NCBI GenBank assembly: GCA_009923495.1
Contig: RFTJ01000002.1
Location: 65,898 to 129,897 of the forward strand
DNA length: 64,000 nt
DNA from: Actinomycetota bacterium
GTDB taxonomy: Bacteria > Actinomycetota > Actinomycetes > S36-B12 > UBA5976
Direction: 5' to 3'
This document shows, in pieces, positions 9,142-18,562 of the stretch. The position numbers and the translations under genes are program-made. Within the stretch, counting starts at the first letter, position 1, and every line of letters begins with the position of its first letter. The notes under the pieces were generated by a model. That model ran no database searches and was not told the DNA's origin. It saw only the letters and a list, made by a program, of their open reading frames with translations.

Positions 9142-10238
9142 TTTCTTTGGCTTATGACAAACGGATATCACGCCTGAAGCAGGCCATGGAAAGTGATGAC
9201 CTCGACGCAGTTTTCATAACTCCGAGTTCTGACCTGCGGTACTTAACGGGCTATCAGGCGCTACCGCTAGAGCGACTAACCTGTTTAATAGTTTCATCTG
9301 GCCAAACAACCAAACTCCTTGTACCGCGCTTAGAACTGCCAGCGGCTCAAGTTCACGATTTAGCACAATTCGACATTGAATTAGTCGCATGGGATGAGAC
9401 AGACGATCCGATCGCAATGCTGGCTAAACTCACGGGCTCAGTTTCTCGAGTGGCAGTTGCTGACACGATGTGGGCACAAAAGGCATTAGCTATCCAGAGT
9501 GCTCTTTCGGCTACGACAGTTGCGGCTGGATCATTGCTGAGCCAACTGCGTGAGGTAAAGGAAGATGCCGAGCTGTCGGCCATAGCAAAAGCAGGCTTGG
9601 CCATCGACGCAGTTCACGATCAAATGGGTAACTGGCTACGGGCGGGCAGAAGTGAACGTGACGTTGCGCGGGACATCGCGGACGCCATTGTCAGCTCGGG
9701 CCATGAACGCGTTGATTTTGTTATTGTGGCCAGTGGACCAAACGGAGCAAGCCCACACCATGAATCTTCTGACCGCATTATTGAACCAGGAGACCCAGTA
9801 GTTGTCGACATAGGTGGAACGATGCCCAGTGGCTATTGCAGCGATTCAACGCGTATGTACGCCGTGGGGACACCAAGTGCGCAATATTTTGCTAGTTACA
9901 AGATTCTGCAGGAGGCACAAAGCGCAGCAGTTGATGGGATAAGTGCGGGTATGACCGGCGCTGCAGCGGACGCAATAGCAAGAGATATTCTTACTGAAGG
10001 CGGACTGGGCGAATACTTTGTACACCGAACCGGTCATGGCCTGGGCTTAGACACTCACGAGGAGCCGTACATAGTCGCAAGTAATCAGAAACCACTGGTT
10101 GCCGGAAATGTTTTCTCAATTGAGCCAGGTTTCTATATTCCTGGCAAGTATGGAGCCAGAATCGAAGACATTGTTGCATTGACTGAGACTGGGTTAGTTA
10201 ATTTCAACAACACTTCACACGACTTAGCCATTTTGTAA
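9138..10238 (+). CDS. M24 family Xaa-Pro dipeptidase/aminopeptidase
   Basis: Pita-bread motifs VVVDIGG, HRTGHGLGLDTHEEP, FSIEPGFY, ARIEDIV. Confidence 0.88.
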   Translation: MISLAYDKRISRLKQAMESDDLDAVFITPSSDLRYLTGYQALPLERLTCLIVSSGQTTKLLVPRLELPAAQVHDLAQFDIELVAWDETDDPIAMLAKLTGSVSRVAVADTMWAQKALAIQSALSATTVAAGSLLSQLREVKEDAELSAIAKAGLAIDAVHDQMGNWLRAGRSERDVARDIADAIVSSGHERVDFVIVASGPNGASPHHESSDRIIEPGDPVVVDIGGTMPSGYCSDSTRMYAVGTPSAQYFASYKILQEAQSAAVDGISAGMTGAAADAIARDILTEGGLGEYFVHRTGHGLGLDTHEEPYIVASNQKPLVAGNVFSIEPGFYIPGKYGARIEDIVALTETGLVNFNNTSHDLAIL

Positions 10239-10240
10239 TT

Positions 10241-11800
10241 ATGAGTTCCACATTGATTGTTGGGCGCAGTGTCTATGCGCCTGGAGTCGTAGGCGCTCAA
10301 GCAGTACTTTTTGAAGAGGAACAAATTGTTTGGGTTGGCGACAAGTTCACCGCTCAAACTTTCAAGGTTGAGGTAGACAACTATGTGGAACACCCCGACG
10401 CATTTATCGGTCCGGGTTTTGTCGATGCTCATGTACACCTGAGTGCCACAGGCCTGCGCTTACTTGGCGCTGACCTATCTGCAGCAACAAGTTGGTCAGA
10501 CCTTGCGCTACGCACTGCGAAATATCTGTCGGCTTCAAACAGCAATCGAAATTTTCTATTCGGGTGGGACGAGTCGGGATGGCCTGATGATTTCTCCCAG
10601 TTTCTTGACGCGCTGCCGCAGGCGCTTCGAGTTAAATCCTTCTATCTGGCCCGAATAGACGGGCACTCTGCAGTAGTCAACCAAATGGAAGATAGTTCTG
10701 GTCCGAAAGTGCTCTCCGGGCAAGTGCGGCAAAAATATTGGGAAGAGTATTCGAGCGGTTTCGATTCAGATTTCTACACACAAAGCATCACGGCTGCGTT
10801 AAAAAAGGCTGCTAGTTTCGGGGTTGTGAGCGTTCACGAGAACGCTGGGCCCACTGTTAGTTCAAAAGCAGACTTCCTTTCAGTTCTGTCAGTTGCCAAA
10901 TCGAACGACCTTCCTGGCGTCGTACCGTATTGGGCGTCTGCAGACATCGACGAAGCACTGGCACTAGGTGCTTTCGGGGTGGCTGGCGATTTCAGTGTAG
11001 ATGGGTCACTGGGTTCAAGGACTGCACTGCTAACCGAAAGTTATTCCGATCAACCGGATACTCGTGGCTTTGCACAGTTGTCAGTACCAGAAATTGCAGC
11101 ACAAATTGTTCGGGCAACCCGGCGAGGAGTTCAGGCGGGCTTTCATGCTATCGGCGATTTAGCCTGTGAAAAGGTGCACGAGGGGTTTCTGCAAGCACTC
11201 ACCGAAGTTACACCAGCACAGGTTCGGGCCTGTCGCCATCGGATTGAACATTTATCGATGCCAACCTGCGAAGCGCTAGAGCTATTCGCTGGACTCGGAG
11301 TGGTGGCTAGTGTTCAGCCGTCATTCGACGCCTACTGGGGCACTAAAGCGGGCATGTATGAGAGTCGGCTTGGATCTGCTCGTTTAGCCCAAACGCACCC
11401 ATTCCACAAAATGATAGAAGCGGGGATGGCACTAGCCTTCGGTTCTGATTCGCCGGTGACCCAAAGCAGTCCTTGGGATTGGATTCGGGCAGCAACTACC
11501 CATAATCAGGTCGAATCGCAGATTTCTGATCGCGCAGCGTTTAATGCCGCCACTAGGGGAGGGCATCGAGCCGCGCGAAATGACGCTGCTGGTGTTATCC
11601 AGGTAGGACACCGGGCCGATCTGGCGATTTGGCAGGTAGAAAACTACAACAGTGGGCAAGCGGCTACTGTTACCCAGAGTTGGTCAACTGATCCGCGATC
11701 TGGTTTACCTGCCCTGCCAGATTTAAGTGAAGGTAACCCTGAGTGTTTACTCACGGTTCGTGCAGGTCGGGTGATTTATGACCGAGCTACGCATGTTTAA
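10241..11800 (+). CDS. Amidohydrolase family metal-dependent hydrolase (YtcJ-like)
   Basis: GFVDAHVHL (HxH), HAIGD, IEHLSM, FGSDSPV. Substrate unknown. Confidence 0.75.
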   Translation: MSSTLIVGRSVYAPGVVGAQAVLFEEEQIVWVGDKFTAQTFKVEVDNYVEHPDAFIGPGFVDAHVHLSATGLRLLGADLSAATSWSDLALRTAKYLSASNSNRNFLFGWDESGWPDDFSQFLDALPQALRVKSFYLARIDGHSAVVNQMEDSSGPKVLSGQVRQKYWEEYSSGFDSDFYTQSITAALKKAASFGVVSVHENAGPTVSSKADFLSVLSVAKSNDLPGVVPYWASADIDEALALGAFGVAGDFSVDGSLGSRTALLTESYSDQPDTRGFAQLSVPEIAAQIVRATRRGVQAGFHAIGDLACEKVHEGFLQALTEVTPAQVRACRHRIEHLSMPTCEALELFAGLGVVASVQPSFDAYWGTKAGMYESRLGSARLAQTHPFHKMIEAGMALAFGSDSPVTQSSPWDWIRAATTHNQVESQISDRAAFNAATRGGHRAARNDAAGVIQVGHRADLAIWQVENYNSGQAATVTQSWSTDPRSGLPALPDLSEGNPECLLTVRAGRVIYDRATHV

Positions 11801-13274
11801 TTTTCGCACGGTGTTCAAATCTATTTTTGCTGGTGTAATTCTCTATTCTTCCTTTATCTGGTCAAGCTGGGTCCTAGTTCTATTTTCCCTTGCGTGGCTA
11901 TATCGGTTATTGATAGATCAGCCGCTCAAAGCCAGATTCTGGATAGTGCTCAGTTTTGGACTTGGATTCTTCGTTCCTTTGCTTCGTTGGATAGCAGTTT
12001 TAGGCACCGATGCGCATGCACTCTTGGTTTTGCTTTGTTTAAGCTTCTTCATATTCCTGGCCTTAACGCCAGTTGAAGCAAACAGCACCCGTGGAAAAAT
12101 CGAATTCGCAATTATTTGGGCAGCCATTGAACTGCTGCGGAGCAATTTTCCCTGGGGTGGCTTCAGTTGGGGTCTACTTAGCTATCCCGCTAGTTCGAGC
12201 TGGCTTGCACAGTACGCAAAGATTGGCGGTAGTACGCTGGTCGCGATCGTTTCGGTATTAGTTGCTACAAACTTGGCCGAGCTCTGGAAGCAACAGACAC
12301 TACGCAAATTGGTTCTAATGCTGGTGGCATACCTATTAGCAGTTGTGCTGCCTAGCCCGCCAGTGGGTGATTCGCTAAAGGTAGGGATAGTTCAGAGCGG
12401 CGTAGTTGGTTCTGAAGTCTCCGAATATTTACGCCCGGCCGAAGTGTTACGAAGGCAAATAGCGCAAACTGTCGCACACAAGGAGACCTTACGCGAGGCG
12501 GATTTTGTGCTTTGGCCAGAAAATTCAGTTAATCTCACTTCGTTTCAGGATAGTGCTGCATTCCAGATTCAAAATGCGGTAGATGTGGTCAATAAACCCT
12601 TTATCATCGGAGTGGTGCTGCAGAGAGCAGATGAAGCTCCAAGAAATCTGGCGGTTCTTTGGCAACCTAAGCTTGGACCCACTGCCTCATATGCCAAAAA
12701 GCATCTAGTTCCATTTGGTGAATACTTACCCCTGCGTAATCTTCTGGCCAGTCGAATTTCTCGTTTCGATCAAATTCCCGCAGATTTTGCTGCAGGATCA
12801 GGTGGCTCAATAGTGGAGGTTGGTGGACACAAAATAGGCTTAGCTATTTGTTTTGAAGTCGCCGATCAAGACCATCTTCAGCAATTAGTCCAAGGTGGCG
12901 CTGAGCTTCTCGTGACTCTTTCAAATAATGCAACTTACGTTGCGACCAACCAGCCGGCGCAACAATTTCAAATTTCGCGTTTTAGCTCGTTGGCCCACCA
13001 ACGCAGTATGGTCATTGCCACCACAACGGGAACGTCAGGAGTAATCGCTTCAAACGGTCAAATTGTGAGCCGAATCGGCCACAATGAGGGGGCAGCAATT
13101 GTCTCTGAGGTAGACCTGGTGAACGGTAAAACCTTTGCCGATCGAAACCCGTTGCGTCTGGGACTTATTTTGGTTGTTCTTGCGGGACTTTGCTATTTAG
13201 AGAGAATTTCTCAGTTTGTCCAACGAAGAAGGGGAGCGGCAAGTCGAAAAGATAGCGCAGATAGGGTTGTCTAG
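11778..13274 (+). CDS. lnt: Apolipoprotein N-acyltransferase
   Basis: Multi-TM N-terminal half plus a CN-hydrolase domain (VLWPENS, KKHLVPFGEYLP, GLAICFE catalytic Cys context). Confidence 0.88.
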   Translation: MTELRMFNFRTVFKSIFAGVILYSSFIWSSWVLVLFSLAWLYRLLIDQPLKARFWIVLSFGLGFFVPLLRWIAVLGTDAHALLVLLCLSFFIFLALTPVEANSTRGKIEFAIIWAAIELLRSNFPWGGFSWGLLSYPASSSWLAQYAKIGGSTLVAIVSVLVATNLAELWKQQTLRKLVLMLVAYLLAVVLPSPPVGDSLKVGIVQSGVVGSEVSEYLRPAEVLRRQIAQTVAHKETLREADFVLWPENSVNLTSFQDSAAFQIQNAVDVVNKPFIIGVVLQRADEAPRNLAVLWQPKLGPTASYAKKHLVPFGEYLPLRNLLASRISRFDQIPADFAAGSGGSIVEVGGHKIGLAICFEVADQDHLQQLVQGGAELLVTLSNNATYVATNQPAQQFQISRFSSLAHQRSMVIATTTGTSGVIASNGQIVSRIGHNEGAAIVSEVDLVNGKTFADRNPLRLGLILVVLAGLCYLERISQFVQRRRGAASRKDSADRVV

Positions 13275-14032
13275 TGGAAAATCCTGCGCACCTTGAACTA
13301 GGTAAGATTCTGGTAATCATCCCTACCTTTAATGAGATTGAAAGCCTGCCCCTGATAGTTACCGGATTACGTGAGCAGGTCCCTGCAGTGCACTTACTGA
13401 TCGTTGATGACAATTCGCCCGACGGCACTGGCGAATTAGCCGATCAAATGGCCAATACTGACGCCAACATTCAAGTACTGCATCGAACCCAAAAGAATGG
13501 ACTCGGTGCTGCCTATTTGGCCGGTTTTGCGTGGGCAAAAGCAAACAGTTTTCAAGTGGTAGTCGAAATGGATGCAGACGGCTCGCACCGCACCGCTGAT
13601 TTACCAAAATTGCTTAATGCATTAGTTAACGCAGATGTGGTGCTTGGCTCACGCTGGGTTAGTGGTGGGGAAGTGGTGAATTGGCCGCTAAGTAGAAAGA
13701 TTTTGTCTCGGGGTGGAAACATTTACACCAGACTACTTCTCAACATTCCCCTGCACGATGCAACCGGCGGTTTCCGAGCGTATCGAATGTCCGCACTTGA
13801 TGCGATGAATGTTCAAACAGTTCAGAGTCAGGGATATTGCTTCCAAGTTGATTTAGCTTGGCGTGCGATACAAAACCACCTGCGCGTTGTTGAAGTCCCA
13901 ATCACTTTCGTCGAACGCGAATTCGGCGAAAGCAAGATGGACTCCCGAATTGTCAAAGAGGCACTACGCCGGGTTACGGTATGGGGTTTGACAAAACGCC
14001 TGGACAAAATTTTGCGAATTTTTCGCGATTAG
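13274..14032 (+). CDS. ppm1: Polyprenol monophosphomannose synthase (GT2)
   Basis: VIIPTFNE, VDDNSPDGT, EMDADGSH. GTG start overlaps the lnt TAG by 1 nt. Confidence 0.88.
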   Translation: MENPAHLELGKILVIIPTFNEIESLPLIVTGLREQVPAVHLLIVDDNSPDGTGELADQMANTDANIQVLHRTQKNGLGAAYLAGFAWAKANSFQVVVEMDADGSHRTADLPKLLNALVNADVVLGSRWVSGGEVVNWPLSRKILSRGGNIYTRLLLNIPLHDATGGFRAYRMSALDAMNVQTVQSQGYCFQVDLAWRAIQNHLRVVEVPITFVEREFGESKMDSRIVKEALRRVTVWGLTKRLDKILRIFRD

Positions 14033-14373
14033 GCGCTACGCAACTGGTCAAAGTCGTGCATCTGGTGCAGCTTTAGCAAGAAGATTTGCGCCAAATCATT
14101 CTCGGTGCGGCGCTCTCGTACGATTTCATAATGCGACCTGCGGGCGCGAATCGGCTCAGGCTCTGGAATGCTCGCCCCAGGAAGAACCGCCACGAGACCG
14201 CACGCACAGTCCCAAGTGACTGGAATTTCTTCGGCATCCGCGGCAAACGGCAGGGTAGATTTGTGCCCGTCGATGCAGGTGTAGGTCACGAGCTGTACGG
14301 CTACATGATCGCCACGGTCTACTTCATAACTAACGTGACTCATTGAACTGCCACGCATTGATTCGTCCATCAT
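14029..14373 (-). CDS. rbpA: RNA polymerase-binding protein RbpA
   Basis: Aligns with Mtb RbpA (RGS..VSYE.DR, PFA.DAEIP.TW.C, PEP, R.H). Start moved to ATG at 14373, preceded by GGGAGG-tcatc. The track ORF extends to a TTG at 14439. Confidence 0.88.
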   Translation of the reverse strand: MMDESMRGSSMSHVSYEVDRGDHVAVQLVTYTCIDGHKSTLPFAADAEEIPVTWDCACGLVAVLPGASIPEPEPIRARRSHYEIVRERRTENDLAQIFLLKLHQMHDFDQLRSA

Positions 14374-14469
14374 GATGACCTCCCGTATTTGATTCGAGCA
14401 ATCTGTTATCGCTTGTCTACCCAACGTAAATACACTCAAACAAAAAGTTCAGCCAAGCTTTTTCTAAGT

Positions 14470-14530
14470 AGTGTTACCCCGCCAACATCGTCTGAAAAAC
14501 TCAGTTACCGGGAGAATTCTGAGTGTTACC
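14470..14530 (-). repeat. Two exact 9-bp direct repeats GGTAACACT (gene-strand sense) 52 bp apart, plus a third GGTAAC copy, upstream of rbpA
   Basis: Plus strand AGTGTTACC at 14470-14478 and 14522-14530, and cagTTACC at 14502-14509. Function unknown. Confidence 0.5.
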
Positions 14531-14695
14531 AATAGGCGCAAAGCCAGACTAAACTCCGTGATTGAAGTCTCAGGGGCGCACACTAATTAGCCGATAAGAT
14601 ACATTATGTCAATCTAACAAAATCTTGCCAGTACTGATGGAATTGACGTGCGACGCACTCATTTACACCGATTCCCGGGCGCTACCCCGCGCTAG

Positions 14696-17584
14696 CTAAT
14701 CGACTTGAAAGGCCTCAGGGCTTGGACAAGAGCAAACCAGGTTGCGGTCACCGTAAGCGCCATCAATTCGTCGAACTGGCGGCCAATATTTATTTCCGAT
14801 GTTTCCCGCTGGATACGCACCAACCGTGCGCTGGTAGACATCAGTCCAGTTACCCAGAACAAACTCAGCGGTATGTGGGGCATTTACCAAAGGGTTGTCT
14901 TGGCCCTGCCAGGCTCCACTTTGTACTTCTCGGATCTCCGCTCGAATACTTCGCATGGCGAAAATGAATCGATCTAATTCTGCAAGCGATTCACTTTCTG
15001 TCGGTTCAATCATCAAAGTGCCTGGCACTGGAAATGACATAGTTGGCGCATGGAATCCATAGTCCATTAGGCGCTTAGCAACATCATCAACGGTGATCCC
15101 GCTTTCCTTGGTGATGTCACGCAAATCTAGGATGCACTCATGAGCAACTAGCCCCTGGTTTCCGCGATACAGCACTGGGTAGTCCGCCGAAAGCTCGGCA
15201 GCTAGATAGTTCGCACTAACCACGGCCACCGATGTAGCGTCTTTGAGACCTTGAGCACCCATTAAGCGGATGTAGGCCCAGGCTATGGGCAAGATGCTGG
15301 CGCTGCCCCAAGGAGCAGCACTGACCGGTCCTACCCCGCCGTCTGTGTAACCCTGCCCTAGGGGGCCCGCCTCGGGGCGAATTGGATGCGATGGCAAATA
15401 AGGTGCCAGGTGCTCTTTTACTGCCACTGGGCCAACCCCAGGTCCCCCGCCACCGTGTGGAATCGCGAAAGTTTTGTGCAGATTTAAGTGCGAAACATCA
15501 GCGCCAAATTTACCGGGTTTGGCTAGCCCCACTAACGCATTAAGGTTTGCGCCATCCACATAGACCTGACCGCCTGCATTATGAATGAGCTCGCAAATTT
15601 CTTGGACCGCAGACTCGTAGACGCCATGCGTCGACGGGTAAGTAATCATTAAAGCGGAAAGAGTCTGTGCATTCTGCTCAATTTTGGATTTGAGATCTGC
15701 TATGTCTACATTGCCTTGCTCGTCACAGGCAACAACGACCACCCGCATGCCTGCCATGACCGCAGAGGCTGCGTTCGTACCGTGGGCACTGCTTGGAATC
15801 AGACAGACATCGCGCTGTGCTTGTCCTTGCGCCTTGTGATACGCCCTAATGGCCAGCAGGCCAGCAAACTCCCCCTGAGAGCCAGCGTTTGGTTGGAGAT
15901 TAACGCTGTCGTAGCCCGTAATCTCGGCTAGCCAGGTTTCGAGCTGGCGAATCATGGCTAAATAACCCTGCACAGTATCTAGTGGTGCGAAGGGATGAAT
16001 CCCGCCAAACTCAGGCCAAGTAACAGCGGCCATCTCGGTGGTTGCGTTCAACTTCATAGTGCATGAACCAAGCGGAATCATTGAGCGATCTAGCGCAATG
16101 TCCTTGTCGCTCAGTCTTCTGATGTAGCGCAGCATGTCTGTTTCACTGTGATGGGAATTGAATACTTCATGAGTCAAGAAACTGCTCCCTCGAAGTAAAT
16201 GTGAGGGCAAGGTTTCGAACTCTATCCCAAATTCTGGGGCAACCACTTCCCCACTGACACTCGCTATCGCTTGCCAGAGGGTCATTACCGTTTGTTTAGT
16301 GGAGGTCTCATCAAAACTAATACTGACAACATCTGCAGAAATTTCATGTACTGCAATTCCAGCGTTGCGGGCCGCTGCGACAATTGCGTTGGCCTTGCCA
16401 GCCAGTGTTACTTGTACCGTGTCAAAAAAGTCACTTGAAGTTGCTACTCCACAGTCACGAAGACCACCAGCAAATGAACTTGCCAGCTGATTTGTTCTGC
16501 GGGCTATTCGAGTTAATCCATTCGGGCCGTGATAGACCGCATACATGGAGGCAAGAACCGCTAAGAGTACCTGGGCTGTGCAGATATTGCTTGTTGCCTT
16601 ATCACGTCGGATGTGCTGTTCCCGAGTTTGTAAAGCAAGACGGTAGGCCAAGTTACCTGCTGCATCTTTAGTAACTCCGACCAAGCGTCCAGGCAGTGAG
16701 CGCTCTAGGCCACTTCGCACAGCCATAAAGCCAGCGTGTGGACCACCGAAGCCGATTGGGACACCAAAGCGCTGTGTGGAACCAACAGCGATGTCCGCTC
16801 CCCACTCTCCCGGTGGCGTTAGCAGTGTAAGAGCGAGCAGATCGGTTACTGCAACTACAAGAGCGCCAGCAGCATGGGCGGTGGTAACTAAAACTCGAAG
16901 GTCGCGAACGCTACCACTGCTTGCTGGGAAACTTACCAATAATCCGAAGCACTCCTCAATTTCATCGCTACAGGTGCTCACATCAATTAGATGAATGTCT
17001 ATCCCTAGTGGCTCGGCTCTAGTTTGCAACACTGCAAGAGTTTGTGGATGCGTGTCCGCATCAACAAGGAAAATGTTTGACTGTGATTTGCTCATTCGGC
17101 GAATCAAAGTCATCGCTTCTGCGGCTGCCGTTGATTCGTCTAAAAGTGACGCACTTGCGATGTCCAAGCCCGTTAAATCGGTAACCATTGTCTGAAAATT
17201 GAGTAAGGCCTCAAGGCGTCCCTGGGAAATTTCTGGTTGATAAGGTGTGTAAGCGGTGTACCAGGCTGGATTTTCGAATATGTTTCGCGCGATAACACCT
17301 GGAGTATGTGTTCCGTAGTAGCCAAGCCCGATCATTGGCGTTAACACGATATTTTTGCCAGCGAGATCGCGCAATTCGGCTAACACTTCTGGTTCCGATC
17401 GCCCAGCTGGAATTTCTAGTTCCTCAGTTAGTGCAATACCTTGGGGTACAGCAACTGCAATTAGTTCCTCTAAATTTGCATAACCAAGCTTGTCTAGCAT
17501 GTGTGTCAGCTGATGTCCATCGGGACCGATATGTCGATCAGCGAAAATTTCATCTGATTTTTGTACTGAAATAAGGTCAGCCAC
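14696..17584 (-). CDS. gcvP: Glycine dehydrogenase (decarboxylating), glycine cleavage P protein
   Basis: About 960 aa single-chain P protein (FADRHIGP..., PLP region [19 protein letters not shown]). Start moved to GTG at 17584 (tgtGGAGtaaaaGTG) because the track ATG at 17620 lies inside a leader hairpin. Confidence 0.93.
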   Translation of the reverse strand: MADLISVQKSDEIFADRHIGPDGHQLTHMLDKLGYANLEELIAVAVPQGIALTEELEIPAGRSEPEVLAELRDLAGKNIVLTPMIGLGYYGTHTPGVIARNIFENPAWYTAYTPYQPEISQGRLEALLNFQTMVTDLTGLDIASASLLDESTAAAEAMTLIRRMSKSQSNIFLVDADTHPQTLAVLQTRAEPLGIDIHLIDVSTCSDEIEECFGLLVSFPASSGSVRDLRVLVTTAHAAGALVVAVTDLLALTLLTPPGEWGADIAVGSTQRFGVPIGFGGPHAGFMAVRSGLERSLPGRLVGVTKDAAGNLAYRLALQTREQHIRRDKATSNICTAQVLLAVLASMYAVYHGPNGLTRIARRTNQLASSFAGGLRDCGVATSSDFFDTVQVTLAGKANAIVAAARNAGIAVHEISADVVSISFDETSTKQTVMTLWQAIASVSGEVVAPEFGIEFETLPSHLLRGSSFLTHEVFNSHHSETDMLRYIRRLSDKDIALDRSMIPLGSCTMKLNATTEMAAVTWPEFGGIHPFAPLDTVQGYLAMIRQLETWLAEITGYDSVNLQPNAGSQGEFAGLLAIRAYHKAQGQAQRDVCLIPSSAHGTNAASAVMAGMRVVVVACDEQGNVDIADLKSKIEQNAQTLSALMITYPSTHGVYESAVQEICELIHNAGGQVYVDGANLNALVGLAKPGKFGADVSHLNLHKTFAIPHGGGGPGVGPVAVKEHLAPYLPSHPIRPEAGPLGQGYTDGGVGPVSAAPWGSASILPIAWAYIRLMGAQGLKDATSVAVVSANYLAAELSADYPVLYRGNQGLVAHECILDLRDITKESGITVDDVAKRLMDYGFHAPTMSFPVPGTLMIEPTESESLAELDRFIFAMRSIRAEIREVQSGAWQGQDNPLVNAPHTAEFVLGNWTDVYQRTVGAYPAGNIGNKYWPPVRRIDGAYGDRNLVCSCPSPEAFQVD

Positions 17585-17593
17585 TTTTACTCC

Positions 17594-17739
17594 ACAACAA
17601 AGACGGATGCGTTTGCGCATCTCCCCCTCTGTTGCCGTGCTGCTTCAGAGTTGCTGATCCCGCAAGGTCCCTTTGCCTGAGAGGTTATGAGGACATTTGC
17701 CCCGTCGGCGTTGCGCTAAGCGCAAACTCTCCCTTGCAG
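17594..17739 (-). promoter_or_regulatory. Glycine riboswitch: one complete aptamer, a downstream hairpin, and a weak terminator-like stem
   Basis: Gene-strand sequence: CTGCAAGG-GAGAG-tttgcgcttagcgcaa-CGCCGACGGGGCAA-atgtcctcataac-CTCTCAGGCAAAGGGAC-CTTGCGG. P1 is 8 bp (17739-17732 with 17667-17660). Next comes hairpin CTCTG..CAGAG (17650-17627), then GATGCG-caaa-CGCATC followed by cgTCTTTGTTGT (17621-17594). Confidence 0.85.
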
Positions 17740-17755
17740 GTTCGTAAGCAACTCT

Positions 17756-17761
17756 ATTCTA
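17756..17761 (-). promoter_or_regulatory. Candidate -10 hexamer TAGAAT for the riboswitch-gcvP transcript
   Basis: Gene strand reads cctgcggTAGAATagagttgc, about 17 nt upstream of the aptamer P1. Confidence 0.4.
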
Positions 17762-17785
17762 CCGCAGGACGCATGGTGCAGCGTG

Positions 17786-18397
17786 TTAGGCTCCTTCGCG
17801 TGCCTTACGACGCAGAGATAGCTCGTCGGTTGCGTTAGACATTGGTGCTTCCAGGACAGTTCGCTCGCTCGGTAGATGACTTAAGCTTCCGGCGACTTCA
17901 CGCCAGACACCGCCTATCGCAATCCCAAAAACCGCCTGCCCATGTGCCAAGAGGTCAATAATTTCGTCTGCGGACATACAGGCATAGACGCTGACTCCAT
18001 CACTCATAAGAGTAATTTGGGTGAGATCTCCTATTCCGCGAGTTCTCAAGTATTCAATGGCGGTCCGGATCTGCTGCAGTGATACGCCGGCGTCAAGCAG
18101 GCGCTTGACCACTTTGAGTTCCAAGATGTCGCGAAAACCGTAGAGTCTTGAAGTACCTGAACCCGTGGCTGGCCTAACTGTAGGTTCAACCAGACCCGTG
18201 CGAGCCCAGTAGTCAAGCTGCCGATACGTAATCCCGACTACCCCGGCGGCTACCGGACCACGGAAACCCAATTGCGAAAGCTCTGAAATTGGAGTTTGGT
18301 CAGCGAATAAACCCTGCTCTTCGGCAACAATTTGCGCCTGGGCTCTTGCTACTTCATCAGCGATCGATTCGGGTGCAGTACCCTCAAATTCGGTCAT
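17786..18397 (-). CDS. MerR-family transcriptional regulator (Mtb Rv1830-like)
   Basis: HTH ITYRQLDYWARTGLVEP...SGTSRLYGFRDILELKVVKRLLDAGVSLQQI. Position between gcvP and the DUF151 gene matches the Rv1830 locus. Confidence 0.85.
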   Translation of the reverse strand: MTEFEGTAPESIADEVARAQAQIVAEEQGLFADQTPISELSQLGFRGPVAAGVVGITYRQLDYWARTGLVEPTVRPATGSGTSRLYGFRDILELKVVKRLLDAGVSLQQIRTAIEYLRTRGIGDLTQITLMSDGVSVYACMSADEIIDLLAHGQAVFGIAIGGVWREVAGSLSHLPSERTVLEAPMSNATDELSLRRKAREGA

Positions 18398-18475
18398 TGA
18401 CTATCTCCTCGGTGAAGGTGGACCTAGTCCACGGGGAAACCTTCGGATACTCACGATATGTGCATCTCAGGTTGA

Positions 18476-18512
18476 GGTCAATTAACTTGACCACGACACG
18501 CCGACCGTCAAG
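18476..18512. promoter_or_regulatory. Overlapping inverted repeats built from TTGAC(C): candidate MerR-type operator/promoter upstream of the 17786-18397 regulator
   Basis: Plus strand has GGTCAA(18476-81)-ttaac-TTGACC(18487-92) and CTTGAC(18486-91)-N15-GTCAAG(18507-12). On the gene strand, TTGACC-N17-TATCGT is a sigma70-like promoter and TTGACG-N19-GTTAAT is a long-spacer alternative. Confidence 0.4.
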
Positions 18513-18562
18513 CCTAAATCTCTACTTCAGGGTTTGTTAGACCTAAAAAAACCGTATTTTGG

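Noticed and set aside
14374-14439. Longer starts offered by the ORF track for rbpA, and likewise aroK (to 27950), ruvA (to 49078), patA (to 54663), the MBL hydrolase (to 39710) and aroE (to 30419)
   Set aside because: In each case a downstream ATG or GTG either overlaps the upstream stop (ATGA/GTGA coupling) or has a clear SD. That start also gives the canonical family N-terminus. The extensions overlap the preceding gene.
17585-17620. N-terminal 12-codon extension of gcvP (track start ATG at 17620)
   Set aside because: The ATG lies inside the GATGCG/CGCATC leader hairpin of the riboswitch expression platform and has no SD. GTG at 17584 has GGAG 5 nt upstream and gives a conventional P-protein N-terminus.
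17594-17659. A possible second (tandem) glycine aptamer
   Set aside because: The segment lacks the GGAGAG, ACCGAAGGGGCAA-like and CUCAGGCAAAAGGAC-like cores. Only a simple hairpin is present, so I call a singlet. A covariance model is needed to be certain.
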